Positions 12,340 to 25,557 of a stretch of 64,000 nt of DNA are shown here, in pieces. The notes beneath the pieces are model-generated. The model saw only the letters and a list, made by a program, of their open reading frames with translations, did not search any database and was not told where the DNA came from. Source of the DNA: Camelus ferus (Eukaryota); assembly GCF_009834535.1 (NCBI RefSeq), contig NC_045722.1, positions 13,578,001-13,642,000 of the forward strand, given 5' to 3'. Both the position numbers and the translations under genes were made by a program. Each line of letters begins with the position of its first letter. Positions within the stretch are counted from its first letter, which is position 1.

Positions 12340-13157
12340 CATCCCCCTCCCTCTCCCCCAGCTCACCCAGCTCCAGCCACACTGGCCTCCTTGCTAACCC
12401 TTGAAGCATCTCATGTCAGGCATCCTTCTTCTGTCTGAGGACTTCTGCACTGTGCTATGGTCTGAATATTCCAAATTCATCTGTTGGAAGCTAAACCCCC
12501 AAAGGCATTAGAAGGTGGGGCCTTTGTGAGATGACGAGGTCATCGGGGTGGAGCCCTCACAGGTAGGATTGGTGCCCTTGTTTTTAAAAGAGGCTCCAGA
12601 AGGATCTCTGTCCCTGCCTGCAACGTGGGGACACAGTGAGAAGTCTGCAGCCTGCAAGAGGGCCCTCGCCTGACCAGGCTGGCAGCCTGACCTTGAATTT
12701 CTAGCCTCCAGAATCGTGAAAGGTAAATCTCTGTTGTTTATGATCTAACCAGTTCGATATTCTGTCCCAGCAGCCCAAGCAGACTAAGGCCCAGTGGCCA
12801 CTCCCCTGCCCAGGACACTCTTCCTTCAGATAACCGCATGGCAGACTCCTCAGGCTCCTTCAGCCCTCTCAGAGACGCCTACCCTAACCGTCCCATTTTA
12901 GATTGTAAGCCATTGCACACCCCCCGCCCCACCAATCCTACACCTCTAATCATCTGTACATTTTTTTCTGTTTTTCTACAGCAATTATCCATTCAAATGT
13001 ATTATAAGTTATTTACTTACAGGGTTTTGAGGTATTGTCTGTCACCCTCCACTAAAAAAGACACAAGACAGTATGTTTTTATGCATCCCAAACTCCAAGA
13101 ACAAAGTAGGCCCTCAAGAAATATCTGCTGAATGAATGAATGAATGAATGAATGAAT
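12340..13157 (+). mobile_element. L2 3' fragment, interrupted by an MLT1A0-like LTR
   Basis: ctccagccacactggcctcctt..., ending in a (TGAA)7 tail at 13129-13156 diagnostic of L2. Confidence 0.75.
12453..12791 (+). mobile_element. MaLR solo LTR, MLT1A0-like, nested in L2
   Basis: tgctatggtctgaat...gactaagg; 5-bp TSD cactg/cagtg (4/5). Confidence 0.85.
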
Positions 13158-13369
13158 TGGTATCTCCCAGGCCAAAGTCTGAGGCAACTTTAGTTTAGTT
13201 TCCCAAGAAGCAAGAATCAAAGAGAGAGACGGAGGGAGAGACAGACAGAGAGAGAAGGATGTTGGCTGGGTCTCTGTGTATTGGTTTGCAAAAGCTTAAA
13301 GTTTCAACTCTAATTACACAATAATGGAGGAAGGAGCTTAAATTTGCCAAAACTCTGTTTGACCCCAGT

Positions 13370-13550
13370 CGATTCCACATGTTACTTCATACAGCAACTC
13401 CGTTTTACAAATCTGAAAACTCAAGTTCAGAAAAAAATCCGGTTACTGGCTCAAGGGCTGAAGGTCACATAGCGAGTAAGAGGAATCAAATTGGTCATCA
13501 AATCCTGATCAATCTGGATCCCACATTCCAATGCTTTCACTGCACCACTG
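13370..13550 (-). mobile_element. MIR
   Basis: ccgttttacaaatctgaaaactcaagttcaga...aaggtcacatagcgagtaag. Confidence 0.65.
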
Positions 13551-15257
13551 TCAGAGTCCTTTATCTGATGACATACCAGGGCACTAACTCTCTATTTTCC
13601 TTATCTTCCTAGAGGGCAGGCAGCATTCTGAGTTGGGAAAAATGAACTCTCTAAAGATGCTGGGAGAGACATTGCCTGGCCCCAGCTTTACAGCCTTCTG
13701 AACACCAAGTCAATGTCTCCTCGTCAATGTCTCCTCTAGCCCGTTTCCCGGTTACAGTGCATCCATATGTTGACTGGTTTGGGGCTGTGCCCTCCAGTGT
13801 TTGTTACCGATAAGTTAAGGGACTGCCTTATGTAACTGAAGGAATTTTATAAAGTGGAGAGGATCTGTCATTATCTTTATATTAGCATCACTAGGATTTC
13901 TTTGTTTTTCTATGTTCTTTCTTAAGTGGGGGAAAAAAAATGAATGGAGTTACAATTAGCTTACCCCAAATTGCTGAATAAACCAAGGGAACGAGCCACC
14001 AGGTGAATGATAATCATCACCTGGGTCTGCTCAGCTAGAGGGTGGATCATAGGAGATCTGCGTGCAGGGCTGGCGCTGGTTCTGTTCTTCAGTCACAAGT
14101 GCCTGCAGTGGGTATGAACATTCGCATCACGTACTCGGAGTGGGAGAGAGAGTACCTTTTTTTTTTTTTTCCTAAAGTAGAATTTAGGATCTATTTTAAG
14201 TCCCCATTTTGACAGACACCAATGTTTGATCTCAATAGGTTTAGGGACATCTTTGTCAGCTGGGTTGTGTCTCCCTTACGTCGGGGAGCAGTCATCAGAT
14301 GCCAAGGTTAGCTGGGGATGGAGGTGGAAGAGGTTTTCTTTCATCAGTCTCAGTGGAGTTGCTTCTCCTTCTGGAAACTGGCAGCAAAGTGACTTCATGT
14401 TCACTGCCGTCCTCATCCATGTGGTCATCATCTCTTCTTGGAATCCCCGAGACCATCCTACAGCTCCTATGGGCTCACAGACACCAAGAACTCTCCCTTC
14501 CCATGAGGAGTGCCAGGATCTGAGGCAGCCCAGGGGGCAAAGCCCAGGTCCTCTCTCTCAAACCTCTGGGGTTCCTAAGACTCAGTTTATAATCCAGGCT
14601 ACACAGTGCCACATCGAGGGCTCACAGGCAGCTGAGTTCCCCCTTTGGTCTCCTGACGGTCTCTTCTGCACCCAGCCCAAAAACTTTCTGTCTAATTTGG
14701 GAGCAAGTTCGCTTGGGTCTTTGTCTCTCCACCATAGCCTGAGGTCTGTGCCCCCAATTCTTTGTGGGTTAGGATTTTGAAGATAAAACGTTTTCCAATT
14801 TCCAATGCATCCTCCTTCAAAATCCATCTTTAAAACTGAAAAGCCTAGAATTCACTTCTTTATTTGCTGGGCTCTGCTTGTGACAACTCCAACCCAAGGC
14901 AGTGGCTCCTTCAGAGTCTATTTTGAATGGAGAAGAGCCATGAGGTTAAAAAAGAAATGATAGAAATGAAAACATACCATCAAAATAACACCCCTGCTAG
15001 ATACCTTAACCAATGCGGAAAATATTCGGTCAGACTCATCTCAAACCTGACAACCTTGCTAACTGTGAGCTCTTAGGCCTGACCTCTACTGCAGAGAACA
15101 GAGAAATAACAAGAGTCTTGAGGATCTTCAGATGCGATTCAATTGCTCAGCCTCTCCCTTCCTGGCAGGGCTGTGTCTGTCAAAGGCTGGAAGCTCTATT
15201 TTTATTTTTATTATTATTATTTTTCCAACTAACTTGTCAGCTATTGTCCGCCCTAGC

Positions 15258-15420
15258 CCAGTGCTTCTTAAACTCTAACACGCACGCAAGTCACCTGGAG
15301 AGCTTGTCAAAATGCAGATTTCGATTCAGCAGGTCTGCGGTAAAGCCTGAGATCCTGTATTTCTAAAGAGCTCCCAGGGGCTGTTGATGGTACCCAGACT
15401 TCTGGGTACAAGGGGGTAGC
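15258..15420. mobile_element. MER5A-like hAT MITE
   Basis: ccagtgcttcttaaactc...gtcacctggagagcttgtcaaaatgcagatt...gagctcccagg. Confidence 0.75.
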
Positions 15421-17259
15421 CTTATTTCATTTGCAGCTTCTCCTGACGCACCTTACACCCCAAGCATGCAAAACACTTGCTATTTGTACTTCTTATGTCT
15501 TGTGCATAATGTGTGTCCCGTGTCTGGAAGCACTACCCAGATTCACTGCTTGATTAGATGTTTGTGTTCTTCCATCCTCGGGTCCAGCTCCCCTGCTCCC
15601 TTGCGTCGTCCATCTCCTCTCAAGGGCGTTCTGATACCACTGCCTTGTCATAACGCATCACAGGGAACCCTAGTTTTAGCTCATTTTTAGTTTCATTTCA
15701 TTTTTCTCTTACATCGTATTAGGAGCTCTTTACAGACATCCTTTGCGTCCTTTCTCATCAGCTGATACAGTGTGTGGTCTGAGTCAGAGAGCAGTGACCA
15801 CTTCAATGAATGAGTGACTCCCAAGTTCAAATCAAGACAAGAACAGAGCAAGGATGGGTGTAGGTTCTTAGACCCGGGTCAGAAGAGGGGTCAGAGATGA
15901 CCATGAAACTGGGCTTTGTCACTAATGAGGTGAGTTAAGCTCTAGGACTACGTGCGGAAAATGAGGCACTTTGTTACCTCCAGCACTCGGAGCCTGGGGC
16001 GACCAGAAAGCGGTGAAGACAGAGACATTCCTGCCCCCCCAAGGCTCCAGGGCAAACTCACTGCAGAGTGCAGATCACGAGGGGAGGCCCAGGGCGATTA
16101 TTACGTTCTGAAGATGGTGGATTCATTTCTGCAGAAGCCAATTCCAGGTTTGTTCCCATTAATCCCTTGCTTGATGAGAACGGCGGGGTGTACAGCTAAT
16201 GGTTTCTGGTTGCTTGTGGGCTGATGTGAAATGCATGTGATAATTAGCTAACTAAATTAGTTCTGTTCTCATTATTTCTTATATAAAACCGTTTTGTAAG
16301 GATGGCTTTTTTTACAATGATTTCTGGTCTAATTTCTCATTATCACCATTGGTTAAAAAAAAAAAAAAAAAAACAAAGATAACATTTTCTCCCCGTTCTC
16401 TAGGATCTCTCTCCCACTCTCCATCCTTGACACCTTCCAAACCTGCCCCTGCATGATCTGTTGCGTGTGCTAAGCACTAAATTCTAGGGAGGCCTCCTTC
16501 TTCTGCCTTCTCTCTTGGATCACTGCGCTCCTATCACTGTCGGATGTCCTCTTGAATATTCACAGATCAGTGCAGATTTTTTTTCGTGGCTCTAAGTGAT
16601 CAGAGAAACACAAGAGATTTACCCAGAGCTTTCCGCTCCTCTAAGCACGAGGACTTTCCACCCCAACGTGTTAACATCCCAGATGTTTGACATCAGTCAC
16701 TCTCTGGGACTTAGCCCAACTGTTCTAAGTCTCGGCCACCTGGTGATTATGCAGAAAGAGCAGGATACAGCCTTTGTCTTGGCAGGACCCTTAGATTTTA
16801 GGGCTGTACAGATCCCTGCACGTCCAGCCTCCTCCGCAGAGCTCCCCACGGGGTTTTCATAGTGCTCTGTGTTGAGTTGTTTTAAATGAGTTGAATTTGG
16901 CACCTCCTTTCTAGAGGTGGTTTCTTATTTGTGAACAGATCAATACTGGGCAGCCTTCTATGTGGCCAAGTTCCTAGATCATGCGGTGAATTTGATTACA
17001 TGACTTCACCTGTCTGTATTCAGCGACTTTATCAGCAAAATAAAGCATTCTCTTGGGTTCAGTTACCTGAAATGTGATGAAATGGAGGCTGCCCTATGGT
17101 CTATCAAGATTCAATTCTCATACTAACTGAGTTACCACGGTATAACTTTTTAAAAGATGGCCTGAGATCCTGGGCTCCCCATAAGGGGGGAGGGGTCTGT
17201 CTAATTCCCTGTCCTTTCATCTGAGCTGGGCTCAGTGACCTATTTTACCTTAAGAAGTG

Positions 17260-17665
17260 GCATCGTGAGGCTTCTGAGGGCAGGACACGAAACCTCGCAG
17301 CCCAGGTCTCTTGGCCTACTCACTGCCTTGCGTGGAGGGTGCCAAATAAAGAGTCTGGCAAGACCATCATGTGTTTGAGGAATTCCACGCTCACCGTGTG
17401 GAAGGTCACATGGAGAGAAAGAGAGAGATGCTCAGCCAGGCCCCTGAGGATCAAGCCATCTCAGCTCAGACACCAGACACGTGACTAAAGCTGGGCCATC
17501 ATGGACATTCAGCTCAGTGGAGTTTTCAGATGCCTTCAGGTCCAGCTAAGCATCAGAAAGCCCAAGGAAGAACCATCCACAAAGCCATGGGGAATCATAG
17601 CAGAGGACTGCTTTAAGCTACCAAGTTTCAGATACTTTGTTCAGCACCAATAGCTAGCGAGAATA
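17260..17665 (+). mobile_element. MaLR solo LTR, MLT1I/J-like
   Basis: cacatggagagaaagagagagatgctcagccagg...cagacacgtga...gagttttcagatg...caatagctagcgagaata. Confidence 0.65.
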
Positions 17666-18984
17666 TTTTAGCAAACAGCTCCATCTACTCATCTATAGAA
17701 AACAGAAATGCACATGCCTGTCTCCTGAGAATATTGATAGGATTTGGGTATAAACTTTAGCACATTACCTGGCAAGAAGAAATCCTTAATAATCATCACC
17801 TTCCCTTCTCTTCCAGCTCTAACCATTTATAAATTTGTGATTAATTTGTTGTAGGTCTTGTGTTTGGTTTCCTAAGGTCACCTGTCTAAAACATCCTCAG
17901 AAAAGGGAGGCACATAACATTATCTACTTATTCCATCACTGACTACTTTCAGTAACAGCTAAATCTTACCCATCCAGAAACACCAAAGAATGCATAGTCT
18001 AGATATGTTTGCAAAGAGTTCAGTGTGCATCTTTGTAATTTTCAATTAAAAAAAAAAAAACTCTTTCTAATTTAGAAGTGAGTTCTCGTAACGTCTATTT
18101 TTCCTGCTTTTGAGGCACGATATACTGAATATAAAGTAAATGTGTACTGATCACACAGTTGTTATAAAAACTAGTTATTGTATTTCATTGTCATATAGTT
18201 ATTATACCTCCATTTGCCTGTAAACTACAGGCCCCTGCTTGATTTTTTTTTTTTTCATTTTTTTCATGTTGCGTGAATTCAAAGCCCCACCCATGTAGAC
18301 ACGTCAGCTGTCGCAATTAGAACTGACAGTCTAATTGTTTCTGAGAAACTTCTCTGGAACTACCTGGGCCACTTGCCAGGCTGTAGATGTCTGCCTTTAG
18401 GTCAAATGCCCGTCACCTGGTCTTGTGAGCTGTGGCAGGTTTGGGTGGCATAACTTAAGACCTAATGGCCTATCGGGGAGGAATTCTACAGAAGTAGTAA
18501 GACTGTCACCTGAATGCCCAGGGACACTCACACGAATATCTAGACCACCTGAGGGCTAGTTGAAGTCCACTTAACATCTAGTAAGCTGCTGCTGTCCCCA
18601 CTGGCATTACTCCTCCCATCCCCACATTAACCCAGATTGTAGAACTTAATCTCCTGATTTGCTATCTGCTTCTTCTGATGGGATGGGAGCTCTTCCTGGA
18701 ACCTCAAACCATTTGACTGGGGCCATGTAAGCATTTCAAAGCCTGCCAATCCCAGTTCCTTCCCTCTGGAGTCTGGACTTTGTCCCACCAGCCGCTGTCT
18801 GGGGCCTCAATTCACGTAAGAAACAGTGGCTAGAAACAAAACATCACTAACGTTAAGTTTTATCACTCCCTATAGACTAATGAGGAAAAAGGAACAAAAC
18901 CGAATCTTGTATATCAGTGCAATTCAGAGTGAGCCAAAGGTCGTCTCCCGCAGGCAGCACTGCACACTTATTAGCAGTACCCCA

Positions 18985-19210
18985 ATAATTCTAATTATGA
19001 CTTCTAGTGTTCAGAGAATAACTCAACACGTTCTACGCACATCTTAATCTTATGAGCCGCATTCTACTGTTACGCATGTTGCGTACAGAAGAAATGGGCG
19101 GCAGAAGCTGAGAGAATTTCCCAAAGATACACAGTGAGTGAGGAGAGTCAGGATTCCAACCCAGGCAGGCTGGTGACAGTTTGCTCCCTTAACCGCTGGA
19201 CCACAGAGCC
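18985..19210 (-). mobile_element. MIR
   Basis: tttcccaaagatacacagtgagtgaggagagtcaggattccaacccaggcag...cttaaccgctg. Confidence 0.7.
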
Positions 19211-21394
19211 TCCCAAAGTGCTAGCCCCACACCTGGCCCTGCCAGCCTTCCTTCTGTTTCTTTTGCCGTTCAGTGATGATGGCTTAAATGCATCACGGCC
19301 CAGGCTGTGTGTGATGTCACAGTGTCTCATATCCATTCTGGAGCTGTCTTCAGCTCCTGCGTCAACATAATGAGATAAGAAGTGAAGACACTCAACAAAT
19401 TAGCAACTCTGACCCCCCCAAAATGAGATCCCTTAAATTCTTCCTGCCCAACAGTGATTGTTGACAGAATTTTAATCTTTCATATTCCTTAAAGTTTTAC
19501 ATTCTTGGGAACATACCTCAAAAAATTCCATGTTGTCTGTATTTTTCCAGTTCCGCCCTACTTTTAAGTTTAATTCCTGAAGGGAAATAGTGTAAGTATT
19601 GGGGATAATTACTAGGAAACGTAGCATTGTTTCTTTTTTCTCATCTGTAATCATTCTTAGTTTCATTCTGCTTAAAATTAAGTGGAAATGATTGGATAGA
19701 TTAGAAAATTCCATAAATATTAGACACTTTTTATAGTTAACAATTTCTGCTTAATTTTCCCTTACCTAATTTTTTAACAACAGCTCTTTGCCAAGACCTT
19801 AAATGAAGCTTTAATTGTTCAAATGTCTGTATTTTTCTCTTATTAATAGAGGATTTAAAAATTCTCCTAACCATTTTATTTTTAGCATCTTTCACTTCAG
19901 TAATGAACTAACCTGTATTTCTAGCCTTCATTCCTTGAAGTTGTAGGTAACTTAGCCTCTCAGGGGAATCAGATGGATCCCCTGGAAAATTCAGTTTGGC
20001 TTTCTGCTGTACATATGGTGTTCTTAGAAACCCTGATCCAGTAAATCTATTATACGAAATGAAAACAGAAAGATCAAAATGTAGATGCCCTTAGCAGTTT
20101 GAGTTTAGTGCTAAGGGTCTTCTAATTTTGTTTTATCCTGTGATTTCTAAAAATGACAAATAGTGGAAGAATTGTGTTGAACTTCAGAGACTCTAATTAA
20201 GATGATTTTAAAATTGCCCTTGTAACAGCAAATTCTGCCCCAAGGCTGCTACAGGGGTCAGTGTCAAAAGAAGAGCCAAAGTTTTTCAAAAGATGTCATG
20301 TTTTTCTTTACTTATGCTTCCTTTACCCAGAGAAAAACAATAAATAGAAAGTAACATAAGAAAAGAGGATGTGGAGAGAGAGAGAACAAATAAAATGATT
20401 TAAAACAAACACACAAACTAAAAAAACTCTTTTGGCTCCAGTAATAAGAGGCTCAGTGGAGACTGTGGCAAACAGAAGTTGCTTCTAGGACGCAAATTCA
20501 GGCAAGGATATTTCTCATCAAATCCTTCCGTGGCCATAGTCAGAAAAGCAGTCCATCCTGAAGTGGGTGTAAGCAGGATTTTTAATTCTCTCATTTGGAT
20601 GTAGTCGGAACCATTCATCTCAGCGGCTGCATCCTCGTCGACCAGAACCTGTTCTTGCCCTATATCTGTGTGGTTTCACAGTACTTTGGTACCCCCAGTT
20701 GGAGATGGTTTTACTTAACATTATTATCTATAATATAGACAGCCACTCAAGGCTAGGCTGCACCCTCCCCTCCCCAATTAGCTGCATCCTAACTGACTGC
20801 TACCTTGGAATCAGTTCCAAGGACACCCTCTTTAGCATCATCTAATAGTTTTTTCTCTAGTTCCTCCGCTGGAGAGGTGTAGCCTGGTTCCTTCCATTTC
20901 TTTCTGCCTCCTCCGTTATATTCTATACACGTGTGTAGCACTCAGTAGCACTCCAGGTTGATTACGTTTGACCACTGCATCAGCCATGAAAACCGCCAGC
21001 CATTCTTTACTTTCACCCTCAGTGTTTCCTGTGTCCCCAGTGTTTGGTCTGCATCAGCTGGGTCAGCTTGGGGGAAGAAAGGCTAGTGGATTTCAGAACA
21101 ACCCCTCTCCGTGGGCCCACCTTTCCAGGAGGGGTTTAGCACATTTAAAACATGCGGTATCTTGGGAGTGACGAGTGAAGAGCTGGCGAAGAGAATATTA
21201 TAGGAAGCCAGAGGAGGGCAGAACAATCCATAGATAAAAGTGGTTTTCTCAAAGGAGCATCACGAGACAGAGATGGTACTGAATTAGGGCCATGACCATC
21301 TATATCCATGTACATAAAGAAGCATGGGATTCTGTTCTTCGAAAGGCAAATTGGGACTCTGGTGGGTATTTGCTAATAAGACACAGCAGGCTGA

Positions 21395-23260
21395 ATAAAG
21401 CCTTGCTCCCAACTCAGACCATGAGGCCAGTATTACCCAGAAACCAGAAACAGCCCAAGACTTCACAAGAAAATAAAACAAGAGATCAATATCTCTTAGG
21501 AACAGGGAACCAAAAATCCTCAACAAAATGCTAGCAAAATAAATCCAGCAACATATTAAAAAGATTATATACCATGACCATGTAGTATTCATCTGAGGAT
21601 TGTAAGGTTGGTTTAATACATGAAAATCAATTAAAGTAATACTCTATGTTAATAATAAGGGACAAAAACTACATGACTATTTCAATACTTGGTGAAAAAA
21701 TCATTTGGCAAAATCTTGTATCCTTTCATGATAAAAACAGTCAACAAACTAGAAATCGTAGGGAAATGCCTCAAACTGATAAAGGCCAACTATGTAAAAC
21801 CCACAGCTAACATGATACTTAATAGTAAGAAACTGTTTTCCACCTAAGATTGGGAGCAAGGCAAAGAAATTACTTCTCATGGCTTCAATTAACATTGTAT
21901 TAGAGTTTCTTGCCGGAGATTTAGACAAGCAAAATAAATAAAAGTCTTCTAGATTGGAAAGACTGGAATAAAACGATCACTATTCAGAGATGACAAGATT
22001 TTGCATATTAAAAACTCCACAGAAACAGAATTAGAAGAATAAGTAAGTTCAGCAAGGTTAAAGAATGAACTATTGATATACAAAATTTCTATGCCTTAGC
22101 AATAAACAACCTGAAAATGAAATTTAAAGACAATTATATTTATAATAGTATCAAAAATAATAAAATATTTAAGATTTAAATTATAAGAACTGTACGCTGA
22201 AAATTATAAAATACTGTTAAAAAATTAAAGGTCTAAATAAATGGAAAGATACTCCTTGCCATAGATCAGAAGACTTGATTATTAAGTGGCACTTATACCC
22301 AAATTCATCTACAGCATCAATGAAATTTGTATCAAAATTCCGCTGCCTGTTTTTCTTTTTCCTGGCATTGACAAACTGGTCATAAAATTCCTATGGAAAT
22401 GAAAGGGACCCAAAAGAGACAAATCAATCTCAAAATAGAAGAACAAACTTGGAAGACTCCAATTATCTATTTCAAAACTCACTGCAAAGCTAAGATAATT
22501 ATTATAGTAATCATCATACTGGCCCAAGGATTGACTTACAGATTAATAAATATAATCGAAAGTCCTATTATATACATGATCAATTAGTTTTCAACAATTA
22601 TGCCACGATAATTAAATGAGGGAGAGAATGGTCTTTCCAACAAATGTTGCTGACACATCTGGACACCCACATGCAAAAGAATGAATTTAGACCTCTTTCT
22701 CATGCCATACAAAATTTAACTCAAAATAGATTAAAGACCTAAATGTAAAAGCTAAAACACAAAATGTTATGATAACTCACAGAGAAAAAAATGTGACAAT
22801 GAGTGTGTATATGTCCATGAATGACTGAAAAATTGTGCTGAACACTGGAATTTGACACAACATTGTAAAACGATTATAAATCAATAAAAAGTGTTAAAAA
22901 AAATAAATAAAAGCTAAAACTGTGAAAATCTTAGAAGAAAACATAAGGGTAAATCTCATAATTTTGAATGAGGAAACAGTTTCTTTAGAAATAAATCCGA
23001 AATCACAAGTGACAAAAGAAACAAATAGATAAATAGAATTTCCTCAAAATTAAAAGCTTTTGTGATTCAAGGCCATCATCAAAAAGAGACAGTTCACAAA
23101 ATGGGAGAAAGTACTTGAAAATGACATAACCAATAAGGGATTATGTATACAGAACACATAAAAGCTCTTATAACTAACCAATAAGGAAAAGGACAAAGGA
23201 TCTGAATAGATGTATCTCCAGAGAAGTTATAAAAATGACCCATGATATTGATCCCCCATA
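21395..23260 (+). mobile_element. Degenerate L1 ORF2 (reverse-transcriptase region) fragment, L1MB/MC-age
   Basis: aaaaatcctcaacaaaatgctagcaaa...atccagcaacatattaaaaagattatataccatgacca, cccacagctaacatgatacttaat; many stops and frameshifts. Confidence 0.9.
22759..22907 (+). mobile_element. Young camelid-type L1 3' tail (149 bp) inserted into the old L1
   Basis: Perfect 13-bp TSD taaaagctaaaac at 22746-22758 and 22908-22920; AATAAA plus A tail. Confidence 0.85.
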
Positions 23261-23269
23261 AAACTGACG

Positions 23270-23544
23270 AGGTATATGTGTGGGGCCCCAGACCTACAGC
23301 CACAAGGTACTGACTTCTGCGGACAATATGAATAAGCATAGACATAAATTCTCCCCTAAGGCTTCAGCGAGGAGCCTTGACCGGCTGACACCTTGATTTC
23401 AGCCTTGTGGGAGCCTCAGCAGAGAATCCGGCTGAGCCTCCCCTGACCTCCGCCTTACAGAACTGTCTCACAACAGCTAGGAGTTGCTGTTTTCAGTGGC
23501 TACATTTATGGTAGTTTGTTAATTAGCAATAAAAAACTAATGTG
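23270..23544 (+). mobile_element. MLT1D-like LTR, 3' part
   Basis: gctgacaccttgatttcagccttgtgggagcctcagcagagaatcc...tagcaataaaaaactaatg. Confidence 0.75.
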
Positions 23545-23639
23545 AGTTCCTTACATTAACAACAAACGCTTCCTGAGACCACACATCCTCCTTAATCCAA
23601 CAGTCATCCATCTCTCTGTTAAACAGGAAACATTCTCAA

Positions 23640-24470
23640 AAGAACTATTATCCTTATTTATCTCCTGCTCACTCCTCAACACAGCCTAACCTGGCTTCTG
23701 ACCTTAACCCTCCATTAAAAAAGTCTATCTAGTCTCACCAAAGAGCCCTCCATGGCTAATTCCAGCCAGCGTTTCAAAGCACTCATGTTTCCTGATGTAT
23801 TAGCAGCCCTTGACCCGGTTGATGCTTCTCTTCTTCTTAAAACTCTTGCCTTGGGTTCTGTGACAGCCCGGAACTTCTCTGGCTGCTCCCCTCCCTGCCT
23901 GTTTGCATGTTTAGCCTCTCCCCAGGAATTCAGTGCCCAAGATTTGAGCTGAAGGCCCCTCCTCTTCTCGCTCTAACCTTTAAAAGAGTTCGTAAACGTG
24001 TGGCTTCCCTGTTGTTTTCAGTACTTAGCTAATTCACTCATTTCATATCCACCGTAACCCAATGAGAGAGCACAAACAAAACCAAGACCACACGTCAGTA
24101 CTGAGCAGGGCAGGGCTTCTAATCCGGGCAGTCCAGAGGCTGGTGGAGCCACTGTAAGACAGGAACCCTAGGCAATCTTTTCTACGTCACTTAGGACTTC
24201 ACATCCTATCTGTAGGCTGATAACTCCCAGGGTTTTATCTCCATCTCTGACCTTTCCTCTGAACTTGAAAACTCCATGCTCAGTGGCCTTTTCAACAAAC
24301 CAACTTGTCACCTGTTACATCCTCTGGCTTCCCTACCAGCGAATGGCCGTGGAATTGTGCGAGAAATCCAGTTAAAATCTTTCAGGTCTTCTGTCCCTTA
24401 CCCTGAATATCTCACAGGCAGCTCAAACCCATCACCAAAGCCTTCCTTATCCCCCAAACCTTCCATCGTA
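23640..24470 (+). mobile_element. L2 internal fragments
   Basis: tattagcagcccttgacccggttgatgcttctcttcttcttaaaactctt resembles L2 ORF2. Confidence 0.65.
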
Positions 24471-24699
24471 GTTATCTTGGGGGCACAACAAACCACTCAA
24501 AGTTAGTCTCCAACAGAAATGTATTGTTTCTCACGGATGTGCAGATAGATTGACAGGTTTCTCTTCTGGTTGACTGGCGGGAGTCAGCTGGAGGGCCAGA
24601 GGTCTGCAAGGGTCCAGGGGGTGTTTGCATGAGTGGAGCCATGCCCAGGGCCTTTGCCCACGCCACATCTCCCACGGGAAGGGGTGCTTATCGCCTCTC

Positions 24700-25005
24700 T
24701 CTCACTTGGCTAACCACTAGCCATGTCTCAGACTCCATCTGAAATGTCACGTCTTAGCAGAGTCGTTCCCTGACTCCCGGACGAGGTGAAGTCCTGTTCT
24801 GTTCTCTCATGTCACAGGGAGCTTATCCCTCACGACACTTAGGGGAGTTGTTACTTTCCAAGTACAGTTTTACTCTTTTGATTAATAGCTCTCCCCCCGT
24901 CTCCAATGGTAAATTCCATAAAGGCAGAGTCCAAGCAGGGCTTTATGTCTCAAGCCTAGAGCAGTGTCTGGGACAAGGGAGGCAGGCAGTACTCATTTGT
25001 TAAAT
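24700..25005 (+). mobile_element. L2 3' end
   Basis: ggtaaattccataaaggcagag...cctagagcagtgtctgggaca...tactcatttgttaaatg. Confidence 0.6.
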
Positions 25006-25019
25006 GGGTGAACGCTGCA

Positions 25020-25255
25020 GGAGTCGCTGGAGTCACACAGACCTCTGTTTTATCCTCGCTCTCCGCTTCCCAGCAGTGCAATTTCAAGTAAGTAATTTAC
25101 TCTCCCAGCCTAGAATTTATCTGTGAAAAAAAAAAAAAGAAAGAAAATAATAAGGGTAATATAATTTCTAATCACACAGTTTTTCTGTAAGGGTTAAAGG
25201 AGATAATATAAATTGCTTCTAGCATGTACCTGGAGCACAGTAAATGCTCAGTGTC
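25020..25255 (+). mobile_element. MIR
   Basis: ctggagtcacacagacctctg...gggttaaaggagataatata...tacctggagcacagtaaatgctca. Confidence 0.65.
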
Positions 25256-25309
25256 CTGGCATCATATAGTGCGAGGGCTTCATCTTAGAAGGAAAAATCT
25301 AAAGAACAG

Positions 25310-25401
25310 GATTTTTTTTCCTTCACGGAGGCAGCAGGGATTGAGCCCAGGACCTTGTGCACGCCAAGAACACGCTCTACCACTGAGCTGCACTCCCACC
25401 C
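25310..25401 (-). mobile_element. Short, diverged tRNA-derived SINE (Vic-1-like head)
   Basis: gggattgagcccaggaccttgtgcacgccaagaacacgctctaccactgagctgcactccc (antisense A/B boxes). Confidence 0.75.
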
Positions 25402-25543
25402 GCAAGAATGGGGTTTGCTCAGCATCACGCAGCATAAGGCAGAGCCCTCACTGCATTTTTCCCATATCAGACCTTTCTTTTCTTTATGGCTTATCTAAGT
25501 GACATACTCTGATTTCCATCTTGACAAGATTACTCTGACTGCA

Positions 25544-25557
25544 GTGTGTGCGTGTGT

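Noticed and set aside
14226-14780. Longest ORF in the track (184 aa)
   Set aside because: TTG start, no recognisable domain or splice support; within chance expectation for six frames of 64 kb
20418-20700. CpG-containing ORF MNGSDYIQMRELK... and alternative frames
   Set aside because: No convincing splice sites or recognisable product
21284-22587. ORFs resembling reverse-transcriptase pieces
   Set aside because: Short remnants of degenerate L1 ORF2, not a functional gene
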